A stretch of 33,182 bases of DNA from a virus (taxonomy: Duplodnaviria > Caudoviricetes): positions 1-33,182 of the IMG/VR virus record IMGVR_UViG_3300025470_000055. One strand, 5' to 3'. Under the pieces are notes generated by a model. It had not been told where the DNA came from. It saw nothing but the letters and a program-made list of their open reading frames with translations, and ran no database searches. The position numbers were made by a program, and so were the translations under genes. Shown one piece after another: positions 1-8,683 of the stretch. Position 1 is the first letter of the stretch, and every line of letters begins with the position of its first letter.

Positions 1-1419
1 AATATACCTTCAGCATCAACACCTGGCGGATACGGCACGGGCGGCTATGGGCAGAACGGCTACGGAATTGGCGCGATTCTTACATTCCCAACTGCGGCAA
101 CCATTACAACAAATGATTGGTCTATTGTTAATTTTGGCGAGACGCTAATTATCAACCCATTGGATGGTGCGATTTACTATTGGTCTCCCTCATTAAACAC
201 GCAAACGGCTTATCTAACAAACACCGCACCGCAAGTAAATCACGGCGTATTTGTGGCAATGCCTGCCCGTCAGCTAGTGGCTTATGGATCAACAGCCACA
301 GGCATTCAAGACCCTCTATTGGTCGCATGGAGTGACGCTGGCGACTTTACTACGTGGATTGCAGCTTCAAACAATCAGGCTGGCTCTTACCGCATTCCAG
401 AGGGCAGCCGTATTGTGGCGGCTTTGCAGGGTCCACAGCAGGCATTGATCTGGACTGACCTAGCAATCTGGGCAATGCAATATGTTGGCCCACCGAACGT
501 CTACGGCTTCAACAAAATAGCTGATGGCGTTGGCGCAATCTCCAAAAAATGCGTTGGCGTTATGGAGGGCGTGGTCTACTGGATGTCGCCCAACAAATTT
601 ATGAGTTTGACAGGCAGTGGTCCAACGCCAGTTATGTGCCCGATTTGGGACATAATATTCCAAAATATTAACACGAATCTTTATGAAAACATTCGATGCG
701 CTTGCAATAGCACATTCGGCGAAGTTTCATGGTTTTATCCGTCATTGACGAATTATCCTGTCACTGGCCTAACAGTTGGCGTATCGTATACTATTTCAGC
801 AGTTGGCACGACAAACTTCACTTTAATTGGTGCGGCCAATAACAATGTCGGCACAACATTCACTGCAACCGCTGCAGGAACAGGAACCGGAACAGTAAAC
901 GTTACTGAAAACGATTCATACGTTAAATACAACATATTTACCCAGCAATGGGATTATGGCATTCTCGATCGCTTGGCTTGGATTGATCAGTCCGTTCTTG
1001 GGCCACCAATCGGTGTATCGGCTAATGGCACGATTTATCAGCATGAGATTGGTTATGATGCTGGCACTTCGCCAATGATTTCCTCGTTTCAAACGGGTTA
1101 TATGCAACTCAATGAAGCGGATAATTTGATTTTTATTGATCAGATATGGCCGGACTTCAAGTGGAACATTGCAGACGGAAATCTTACGCCCGCTACATTG
1201 TACATTACGTTTTACGGGACAAATTACCCGGGCGATACGCCGATCCCTTATGGACCATACACAATCACGCAATCCACTGAATATCTCAGTGTACGCATTC
1301 GTAACAGATTGTTATCTTTTTCAGTATCAACCTCACCAGACGGCACAAACGCCGCCTCAAACATTTTCTACCGAATTGGTGCAGTGCGCTATCGGTATCA
1401 ACTGGATGGCCGCTTCTAA
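1..1419 (+). CDS. Virion tail / DNA-stabilisation protein (P22 gp10 / tail-tubular-B-like), 5'-truncated by the window edge
   Basis: Frame 1 is open from base 1 (NIPSASTPGGYGTGGYG...WSIVNFGETLIINPLDGAIYYW), so the TTG at 160 is not the true start. Beta-rich repeats (LLVAWSD, NQAGSYRI, WFYPS...ENDSYVKYN, C-terminal RYQLDGRF) are typical of podovirus-type tail proteins upstream of ejection proteins. Confidence 0.7.
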   Translation, partial: NIPSASTPGGYGTGGYGQNGYGIGAILTFPTAATITTNDWSIVNFGETLIINPLDGAIYYWSPSLNTQTAYLTNTAPQVNHGVFVAMPARQLVAYGSTATGIQDPLLVAWSDAGDFTTWIAASNNQAGSYRIPEGSRIVAALQGPQQALIWTDLAIWAMQYVGPPNVYGFNKIADGVGAISKKCVGVMEGVVYWMSPNKFMSLTGSGPTPVMCPIWDIIFQNINTNLYENIRCACNSTFGEVSWFYPSLTNYPVTGLTVGVSYTISAVGTTNFTLIGAANNNVGTTFTATAAGTGTGTVNVTENDSYVKYNIFTQQWDYGILDRLAWIDQSVLGPPIGVSANGTIYQHEIGYDAGTSPMISSFQTGYMQLNEADNLIFIDQIWPDFKWNIADGNLTPATLYITFYGTNYPGDTPIPYGPYTITQSTEYLSVRIRNRLLSFSVSTSPDGTNAASNIFYRIGAVRYRYQLDGRF

Positions 1420-1763
1420 TGGCAAGTACTGACGACCTACTCACAGCGCAAAAGAACTCCGTTCAGGCGGTCAACGGCATTATCAATGCCAAGAATCGCT
1501 TAGCGGGTTCAATTCAAACACGGGAAATTTCAACCACTACACAAGTTAAAACTACGGGTGGGTGGCTTGCAACGATTTCTGTCATTGTGGCTGGGTCAGC
1601 AACTGGAACAGTTTATGATACAAATGCTGTTTCGTCTTTGACGGGAAATCGTATATACATCATTCCAAATACAGTTGGCATTTATGTTATTCAAATGCCG
1701 TTTGGCAATGGTCTTGTTGTTGCTCCTGGTTCGGGGCAGATCATAGCAGTCAGTTATTCTTGA
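1419..1763 (+). CDS. Hypothetical virion-associated protein (114 aa, beta-rich)
   Basis: TAATG stop/start coupling to the upstream gene; Thr/Gly/Val-rich; lies within the structural operon. Confidence 0.75.
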   Translation: MASTDDLLTAQKNSVQAVNGIINAKNRLAGSIQTREISTTTQVKTTGGWLATISVIVAGSATGTVYDTNAVSSLTGNRIYIIPNTVGIYVIQMPFGNGLVVAPGSGQIIAVSYS

Positions 1764-1770
1764 GGTCGCC

Positions 1771-3666
1771 ATGCCATTGAATCCTAAAGCCTCAGTCAGC
1801 CACAACATCTCTGAAATGGTTCGTGCTGGTCATCCGCAGAATCAGGCTGTTGCAGCCGCGTTGAATGTTGCGCGTAACGCAAAGGCTATGGGTGGGGCAG
1901 AGGATTCTTTTTCGTTAAAAAATAATTATTTTAGGAGAACTAACACTGGTGTCGATACGGGTGCGGGTTATTCAATGTATGCGGCTGGGGATCCAGAAAG
2001 AATATCGAATTATGGAAAAAATCTTTATATGCTAGACAAATCAAAAATTTCTCCTAAAGAAATTATTGACGTAACTCATCCTAAATTTAAAAATTTAATG
2101 TTTCGCTCTTTAATAAATAAAAGAGATGAAATTGATCATAAGGTTGGTTTATTAGACGCGAGCCCTCATGAATGGAAAGAATTTGCCAAAAATATAACTG
2201 AAGAAACCAACCCAAAAGATATTGTAGATAGTGCAGGAACGTGGGACATGCATGATTCTTTAGTTCCTCATATATGGGAACATGTAATGGAGCCTAATGG
2301 ATGGACTGTTGCAAAAACACATGATGGCGCAATTTCATTTGATCCTTCTCACTCTAAACAAATACATGATGAAAATGAGATAGAGCATATCCTCCGTGCC
2401 ACAGGCGGCGGATTATATGCAAACATTCATGCGAAGCAGGAGCGTATTGCTCACGGGTCGCACGAGCACATGCGTAAACCAGGCGCAAAAGGCGCACCCA
2501 CCGCAGAGGCGTTTAGGGCATCTGAACGGACGGCTAAAGCCGATGGTGGGTTCTTACCTGTTGGGAATCCTGAAAGAAACGATAATTTTAAAAATTGGTT
2601 TGGAAAAAGCAAAATAGTGACTAAAAATGGTAATCCGTTGATAGTTTATCATAGTTCTCCTGAAGATTTTGATAAATTTAAATATACAACGGATAAAACT
2701 ACTGGTGTAAAAACTAATGGTTTTTATTTTACACCTGACAAAAATTATTCATATATATCAGGACAAGGTGAAGGCAGAAAGGTTTATCCAGTTCATGTAA
2801 AAATGGAAAATCCTTATTTTACAGATCGCCCTCATGTAATTGAAGGTTTAAATTCTGCATCTGATGCACCTGCTTTTATTCAAAAGTTAAAAGATATGGG
2901 GCATGATGGTGTAATTTATTCAAATCCAAAAGATATAGAAAAATCAGCTACAGGTTTTGCTATTGATTCCCCTCAAATATTCGCTTTTCATCCACATCAA
3001 ATCAAATCAGCCATTGGCAACAACGGACAATTTGACCCAACAAATTCGGATATAACAAAGAAAGTTGGCGGTTACATAGCCAAAGCCGATGGAGGCGGAT
3101 TCAGCAATAACCAACAGCTAGGGCATGTGCCAGAACTGGCTCCCGTGCCAAAAGCGCCGACAATGGGCAATAAGGTAGTTGTGCATGAGGGGCCAATTCA
3201 CAGCCCTGTAGCTGGCCGCACAGACCATTTGCCGATGCACGTCAAATCAGGCTCATACGTCATTCCAGCCGATATTATCGGCGCAATGGGTGAAGGCAAT
3301 ACTATGGCTGGATTTAAAGTTGCCCGCCGTATGTTTTCATCTAATCCATATTTTCAGAAGAGCATGAGTCCCTATGGTTCATCTTCGCCGATTTATAACT
3401 CAGACGAAAAGCCCTACGGGGCGCGGGCAGCAGGTGGTGGAACGCCAGGCATCGGGCACAATGGCGCACCGCAGGATGACGAAGACGACGACCTTGTTCC
3501 GATTGTTGCAGCGGGCGGTGAATATGTTATTTCTCCGCAGGATGTGACACGACTAGGCGAAGATGATATAGATGATGGACATAAAACTTTGGATTCATTC
3601 GTTACAAAATACCGCAAGAAAACTATTAAAGTTTTGCAAAACCTTCCTGGGCCTCATCGTGATTAA
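1771..3666 (+). CDS. Modular (polyvalent) protein with ADP-ribosyltransferase-like domains separated by AxGG linkers
   Basis: GAGG RBS before the ATG. The 2551-3057 segment (NFKNWFGKSKIV..G.PLIVYH..GFYFT..VYPVHVKMENP..GHDGVI..QIKSAIGNNGQFDP) matches the ART-PolyVal type domain. The 1897-2394 segment looks like a second, more divergent ART-like fold. The C-terminus carries two GP...D.LP...G.YVI repeats. Confidence 0.75.
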   Translation: MPLNPKASVSHNISEMVRAGHPQNQAVAAALNVARNAKAMGGAEDSFSLKNNYFRRTNTGVDTGAGYSMYAAGDPERISNYGKNLYMLDKSKISPKEIIDVTHPKFKNLMFRSLINKRDEIDHKVGLLDASPHEWKEFAKNITEETNPKDIVDSAGTWDMHDSLVPHIWEHVMEPNGWTVAKTHDGAISFDPSHSKQIHDENEIEHILRATGGGLYANIHAKQERIAHGSHEHMRKPGAKGAPTAEAFRASERTAKADGGFLPVGNPERNDNFKNWFGKSKIVTKNGNPLIVYHSSPEDFDKFKYTTDKTTGVKTNGFYFTPDKNYSYISGQGEGRKVYPVHVKMENPYFTDRPHVIEGLNSASDAPAFIQKLKDMGHDGVIYSNPKDIEKSATGFAIDSPQIFAFHPHQIKSAIGNNGQFDPTNSDITKKVGGYIAKADGGGFSNNQQLGHVPELAPVPKAPTMGNKVVVHEGPIHSPVAGRTDHLPMHVKSGSYVIPADIIGAMGEGNTMAGFKVARRMFSSNPYFQKSMSPYGSSSPIYNSDEKPYGARAAGGGTPGIGHNGAPQDDEDDDLVPIVAAGGEYVISPQDVTRLGEDDIDDGHKTLDSFVTKYRKKTIKVLQNLPGPHRD

Positions 3667-4147
3667 CATTAAAAAATTCACCATGCAATTTTTTAGCCGC
3701 CCTGCAATATGCTTCATGGGCAAGTTCTTTTGTTGGATAGCATCCAAGATAAATGTCTTTTTTATTATGTTTAACTTTTGCCTCCCAACAATTAAATTTA
3801 ATCCATTTTTTAAAAGATACGCCTTTCAATCCATGTTTATTTGTAGTTTTGCTATTTGCTCTGTTTTGCCCATGCTGGGCTTGCCGCAAATTTTCAATTC
3901 TATTGTCAGATTTATTTCTGTTAATATGATCAATTTCATTGGAAGGCCATTCTTTGTTTATGTAAAACCAAGCAAGTCTATGGGCAGCATAAGTTTTACC
4001 GCCAACTTCAATGCGAATATATCCATTATGATCAAGGCATCCAGCCGGATTTCCTTCTTTTACTTTTGGACGAGATTTTGTCCAATGAAACAATCCTGTT
4101 TCAAGATTGTAGTGCAAAAGTTCAATAAGTTTGCTATGTTCAATCAT
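3626..4147 (-). CDS. HNH homing endonuclease with C-terminal AP2-like DNA-binding domain
   Basis: AHRLAWFY...EIDHINRNKSDNRIENLR (HNH_3-type) followed by GLKGVSF..WEAKV..YLGCY.T.ELAHEAY..AA.KLHGEF (AP2). Lies antisense within the structural operon. Confidence 0.92.
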   Translation of the reverse strand: MIEHSKLIELLHYNLETGLFHWTKSRPKVKEGNPAGCLDHNGYIRIEVGGKTYAAHRLAWFYINKEWPSNEIDHINRNKSDNRIENLRQAQHGQNRANSKTTNKHGLKGVSFKKWIKFNCWEAKVKHNKKDIYLGCYPTKELAHEAYCRAAKKLHGEFFNVNHDEAQEGFAKL

Positions 4148-4182
4148 AATTCGTTTATACCAGTTTTTTGGAGAGACTGCAA
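4148..4182 (-). promoter_or_regulatory. Sigma70-type promoter for the HNH gene, probably producing a leaderless mRNA
   Basis: The minus strand reads TTGCAG-N17-TATAAA with an extended -10 (TGgTATAAA), then only 6 nt (cgaatt) before the ATG at 4147. No Shine-Dalgarno sequence is present. Confidence 0.55.
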
Positions 4183-4197
4183 CGGAGAAAATGTTTT

Positions 4198-4713
4198 ATG
4201 ACAAATAGCCCACAGATTAGACTAGGAACGCCATCTGATGAAGCGCAAATGTTGGAGTTAGCGTTAAAGGCATGGGAAGAAAACGGCATTAAAAACGTAA
4301 ACCCAGAAAAGATGCTGGGTATGATTAAACCTGCCCTTTATTTGTGGCAGGGTCTTGTTGGCATCATTGGTGCACCTGGAGAACGCATCGAGGCGGCAAT
4401 ATTGTTAAGAACCAGTCAGATGTGGTACTCTGACGATTGGATTATTGAGGAGAAGGCTATTTTTGTTGATCCTGAATTTAGGTCAACAAAAGAATCGCAA
4501 AACAGAGAAAAAAGAAAAACAGGACATGCGAGGGCATTGTGCGATTTTTCAAAGCGAGTTGCTAATGAGTTGAATTTGCCTCTATTGATTGGTGTATTAT
4601 CAAATCAACGAACAGAGGCAAAAATTCGGCTTTATGAACGCAATTTTGGGGCGCAAGCCGGAGCCTTCTTTTTATACAATGCCAATACTGGGCATACAAT
4701 TATGGAGCACTGA
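4198..4713 (+). CDS. GNAT-fold (acetyltransferase-like) protein of the virion operon
   Basis: ATG at 4198 after GGAG. Contains IRLGTPSD...EKAIFVDPEFR...GHARAL...RLYERNFG, the GNAT motif-A pattern. Sits directly upstream of the ejection proteins. Confidence 0.7.
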   Translation: MTNSPQIRLGTPSDEAQMLELALKAWEENGIKNVNPEKMLGMIKPALYLWQGLVGIIGAPGERIEAAILLRTSQMWYSDDWIIEEKAIFVDPEFRSTKESQNREKRKTGHARALCDFSKRVANELNLPLLIGVLSNQRTEAKIRLYERNFGAQAGAFFLYNANTGHTIMEH

Positions 4714-4715
4714 AT

Positions 4716-7700
4716 ATGGGTGGCAAGACTGGCACTTCGACGAGTACCACTACAATACCCCCACAGGTATTGGCGCGGTACAATTCTGTCAACTCACAGG
4801 CTCAGGGTGTTGCGGCAACGCCGTTCCAGCAATACAGCACAAACCCCAATGCCTTTGTTGCGCCAGTCAATCAACAGCAATACGCGGGCATAGGTGGAAT
4901 CAATCAAGCTGCAAATATGGCACAGCCTGCTTTTGGTGCGGCAGAAGCTGGAACATTCAATGCGACGCAACAGGCTACTCCACAGGGATTTCAATCCGGC
5001 GTTTCCAATTATATGGACCCGTTTTTAAATACGGCTGTTCAGGGCACTGTTAATCAGCTTGAAAATGTTAATCAGCAACAGCAACAGGGTATGTTGGGAA
5101 ATGATATTTCTCAGGGCGCATTTGGCGGTGATCGTGCAAATATTGGCCTTGGCAATTTGATGAATCAGCAAAACCTTGCTCTTGGACAAACAGTTTCGGG
5201 CATGGAGAATCAAGGATTCCAAGACGCTGCACAGAACTATCAGACTGGCATTAACCAGCAGTTAGCCGGATCAAATCAGCTTGGCAATCTTGGCGCGGGC
5301 GCTCAACAATCGGCTATTGCAGGCGCTCAGGCACAGCTTGGCGCTGGCACAATGGAACAGCAAACACAACAGGCTGGCAATACGGCTCTATATAACCAGT
5401 TTCAGCAACAGCAGGCGTATCCATTCCAAGTGGCGCAATTCTTGGCAAACATTGCCGAGGGCACTGGTGCACTGTCTGGGTCGTCTACAACGTCTACGCA
5501 GCCAATGCCTTTCTTCTCTGATCGTCGATTGAAGGAGAACATCAAGAAGGTCGGTAAGGCAAATAATGGCCTGCCCATTTACACCTACAACTATAAGAAT
5601 GACCCTACAGAGCAGACGCATATCGGCTTTATGGCTGATGAGGTTGAGAAAAAGCATCCTGATGCAGTTGGCTTGGCTGGCGGATATAAAACTGTTGATT
5701 ATGAAAAGGCCGCACGTCCCGCAAAGTTTTCAGGCGGTGCTTTGTCCTCAGAAGGCGGATTAGTTGTCCCGCAACATGCCGGAATGGGTTTTGCAGAGGG
5801 CGGTACTCCTGCAGAGGCTCCAGCCATGCCCGCAGGATTGGCTCACCTTATTGCAATGCAAAATGAAATGCCTGTTAGAGGCGGCGGCATCAATCAAGAT
5901 GTTGCAGCCTCAGCTCAAGCTATTGCGCCACAGAATTTTGTTCCTCCAGAGGCAATGTCAGCGCCAATCAATTATTTTTCTCAGATTACTGATCCAGCGG
6001 CAAGTCCTGCGGCGGCACCTCAGAAACATACTACTGACACTACAGGGTTAATGCCTAACCATAACAATCAAATGTTTAATTTGAGCAATGATCCAACGGC
6101 ATCATACTCTGGTTATGGCAATCAAAATTCACCTTCTGAATATGGGCCAGGGCCAGGCATGGGGCTTGCTGCGGGTGGCCGTATTGGTAAAGAAGGTGGC
6201 GGTAGTGTTTATGATATGATTGCACAGCAACAGGCGATCTATGACCAGTTGTTAAAGGGTATTCCAACCTCACGCAATATTGCTACAGGTGCACCATCTC
6301 AACAGCATCAGTTGCTGGGCGCTAATCAACCTAAGTTACAGCAGCCACAAAGCGGGTTGCAGCAGCTTGGCGGTGTTTCTGGCCTTATAGGTTTGGGCAA
6401 AGAAGCATCGCAGGGATATGATTGGGCAAAGGCTCACATGCCTTCGTCGTCAACCCCAGCGGCAACAAGTGCCCCAGCTGCGGCGGTGGATTCATCTATA
6501 GCGGCTGCAGCACCTGCTGCACCTATAGCAGATATTGATCCTTCTCTTATTGATGAAAATGGGTTCCGGCCTAATAATGCCCGCGGCGGTGTTGCAGGTC
6601 GGTATGCGGATGGCGGGACGGCGCAGGATGATATGCCGTATAAATACCCGAATGATTTGGATATTCCCAACGAAAACAATAATTACAAATTGAACCAAGA
6701 GGCCAACCCGCAAGGTTCATCCAGTGGCACGTCGCAGTCCGGCCTTGGCATTGGTCAGGCTTTACAGCTTGCAAATATGGCTGGCTCTGCCATGTCCGGC
6801 ATTGGTAGCGCTCTTGGGCTATTGGCTCTTAAAAGCGGTGGTGTAGCTGGTCGAGGGCATTATGCAGATGGTGGTGATCCACGCCCTGATGCAGCCGACA
6901 TAAATGGGCCGATTGATCCAGATTTATCAACTGGAGTAACTGGAAGCTGGAACAGCGAACCTATTGCAAACGCAGGCAGATTAGCAGGAAAGGAAATATC
7001 AAATAATGCAGAAAAAATAGGTTCTTACACTGCGGGTCAATATGTTGATCAATATGGTAATACTGTTGTTCCAAAGGATGTTGCTCGTGAAAATGAATTA
7101 AGAGGGGCGTTTGGCGTTTCTCCTGCATCTGACAGGACTTATCAGGAACAACCAAATCTTGGTTTAAAAAGTGATATAGCCGCTGGATATTTAAATCAAA
7201 ATCTTGCACCCGCGCTTAACCCAGAAGAAACAGCTCTTATTTCTGGAAAGCAGACCAACCCCGTTGTCTCGACAGATGTTGTTCCAGCCGGCGGGAACCA
7301 ATATCAGGAAGCAGGTCTTAATGGCCCATCTGCTACTATTGATAAACCTAAAATAGCGCCAGTTAAAACAGGCGTTAAGCCGAATGGTGCAGGTTCTTCT
7401 GCCGCGCCACAAACACCCAATACACAAGCCGCAGCGGCTCCCGCCCCCGACACGTCGCAGGGGCTGGGAAGCGCTAAAAGCTGGTTTGATGATGCGGGCA
7501 ACCGCAATATGGCATTGTCTATCTTGTCCGGCCTTGGACATATGGCTGGATCAAACAGCCGCTATCTTGGCTCTGCCATATTGCAGGGTCTTGGCGGCGG
7601 CGCTGAAACTTATGGAACACTGCAAGGTCAGGCTGCTGATATTGCTCGTAAACAAGCAGAAACTGCTCAGATAAGTCAGAAAACTGCACAGCAAGATTTC

Positions 7701-8672
7701 TTCACGCCTCCTGGTCAAGAACCAAAAGTTCTTATGCCAAACAATCAAACTTGGACGTTGAAACAGTGGAGAGATGCAGGTCAGCCGCCAACACGCAGCC
7801 AATCTGCAACTGGATTAACTGGTGCAACAAATAATGCTGGCCAAGTACCTGTTCGTCCTGTTTCGCAGCCGCAAGTTACAACTTTTGATCCAGTTGTAAA
7901 TGGTGTGGGTGATTCTGGTGTATCTTCTGCAAAAGCAGACGCGCAAAATTGGTATAATACCGATCCAGATGTGAAAAATGGAATCATTAAACAAAATCAA
8001 AACATTGAAAACAACATAGCTAGCAATGCTCAAGCCGCAGCCGATCAAAATCGCCAGCTTATGCTGTTCGCAAAAGATTTAGCATCGCAGCCTGATAATA
8101 ACTTTTTAACTGGCGGACCTTTAAATAATACAGTTTTGACGGCAGCAAAATATTACAACAATATAGCCTATGGTTTAGGGCTTCCAAAAGTTGATGAAAA
8201 AGATGTAGATAATGCCGCAGTTATCAATAAAATGAGCAGCGGAATCAATCTTTCAACAGCAAATGCATCTGAAATGCATAATATGATGGCATTGCGAGAA
8301 GCGGTATTAAACACCCCTGGCACTGTAATGTCTAAATCTGCAGCATTGCAAGCAGTTTCAGGGATGATTGTTAAAAACCAGCCAGCTTTAGATCAAAATG
8401 GTTATTTGCAAGATTATAAAAAGTTGGCTTCCAGCGAATCTGGAATGAGTGGAACTTATAATGCAAATAATGCTTTAACTTCGTTTAGAGCTGATCACAC
8501 TAACGATCAATATGCAAAAGAACAAAAACTTTTAAATGCTTTCTTTACGGCTAAAGACCCAACAACTGGGCGGACACATTTTGAAATGTATCAAAATGGT
8601 GAAATTACTCCGCAACAGATTGACAAATGGTATGGCCGTAAAGGGTTGCACCGCATTATACAAACTCAGTAA
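4716..8672 (+). CDS. Large internal virion / ejection protein with internal peptidase S74 (intramolecular chaperone autoprocessing) domain
   Basis: MGGK..TSTSTTTIP start and a Gln/Gly/Ala-rich N-terminus typical of DNA-pilot proteins. SDRRLKENIKKVG...GLPIYTYNYK...IGFMADEVEKKHPDAV...GYKTVDY at 5517-5711 is an S74 signature. Confidence 0.75.
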   Translation: MGGKTGTSTSTTTIPPQVLARYNSVNSQAQGVAATPFQQYSTNPNAFVAPVNQQQYAGIGGINQAANMAQPAFGAAEAGTFNATQQATPQGFQSGVSNYMDPFLNTAVQGTVNQLENVNQQQQQGMLGNDISQGAFGGDRANIGLGNLMNQQNLALGQTVSGMENQGFQDAAQNYQTGINQQLAGSNQLGNLGAGAQQSAIAGAQAQLGAGTMEQQTQQAGNTALYNQFQQQQAYPFQVAQFLANIAEGTGALSGSSTTSTQPMPFFSDRRLKENIKKVGKANNGLPIYTYNYKNDPTEQTHIGFMADEVEKKHPDAVGLAGGYKTVDYEKAARPAKFSGGALSSEGGLVVPQHAGMGFAEGGTPAEAPAMPAGLAHLIAMQNEMPVRGGGINQDVAASAQAIAPQNFVPPEAMSAPINYFSQITDPAASPAAAPQKHTTDTTGLMPNHNNQMFNLSNDPTASYSGYGNQNSPSEYGPGPGMGLAAGGRIGKEGGGSVYDMIAQQQAIYDQLLKGIPTSRNIATGAPSQQHQLLGANQPKLQQPQSGLQQLGGVSGLIGLGKEASQGYDWAKAHMPSSSTPAATSAPAAAVDSSIAAAAPAAPIADIDPSLIDENGFRPNNARGGVAGRYADGGTAQDDMPYKYPNDLDIPNENNNYKLNQEANPQGSSSGTSQSGLGIGQALQLANMAGSAMSGIGSALGLLALKSGGVAGRGHYADGGDPRPDAADINGPIDPDLSTGVTGSWNSEPIANAGRLAGKEISNNAEKIGSYTAGQYVDQYGNTVVPKDVARENELRGAFGVSPASDRTYQEQPNLGLKSDIAAGYLNQNLAPALNPEETALISGKQTNPVVSTDVVPAGGNQYQEAGLNGPSATIDKPKIAPVKTGVKPNGAGSSAAPQTPNTQAAAAPAPDTSQGLGSAKSWFDDAGNRNMALSILSGLGHMAGSNSRYLGSAILQGLGGGAETYGTLQGQAADIARKQAETAQISQKTAQQDFFTPPGQEPKVLMPNNQTWTLKQWRDAGQPPTRSQSATGLTGATNNAGQVPVRPVSQPQVTTFDPVVNGVGDSGVSSAKADAQNWYNTDPDVKNGIIKQNQNIENNIASNAQAAADQNRQLMLFAKDLASQPDNNFLTGGPLNNTVLTAAKYYNNIAYGLGLPKVDEKDVDNAAVINKMSSGINLSTANASEMHNMMALREAVLNTPGTVMSKSAALQAVSGMIVKNQPALDQNGYLQDYKKLASSESGMSGTYNANNALTSFRADHTNDQYAKEQKLLNAFFTAKDPTTGRTHFEMYQNGEITPQQIDKWYGRKGLHRIIQTQ

Positions 8673-8683
8673 AGGGTTTAAAA

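Noticed and set aside
3572-4201. 209-aa plus-strand ORF
   Set aside because: It is the antisense shadow of the HNH-AP2 gene, with a Phe-rich, non-protein-like composition.
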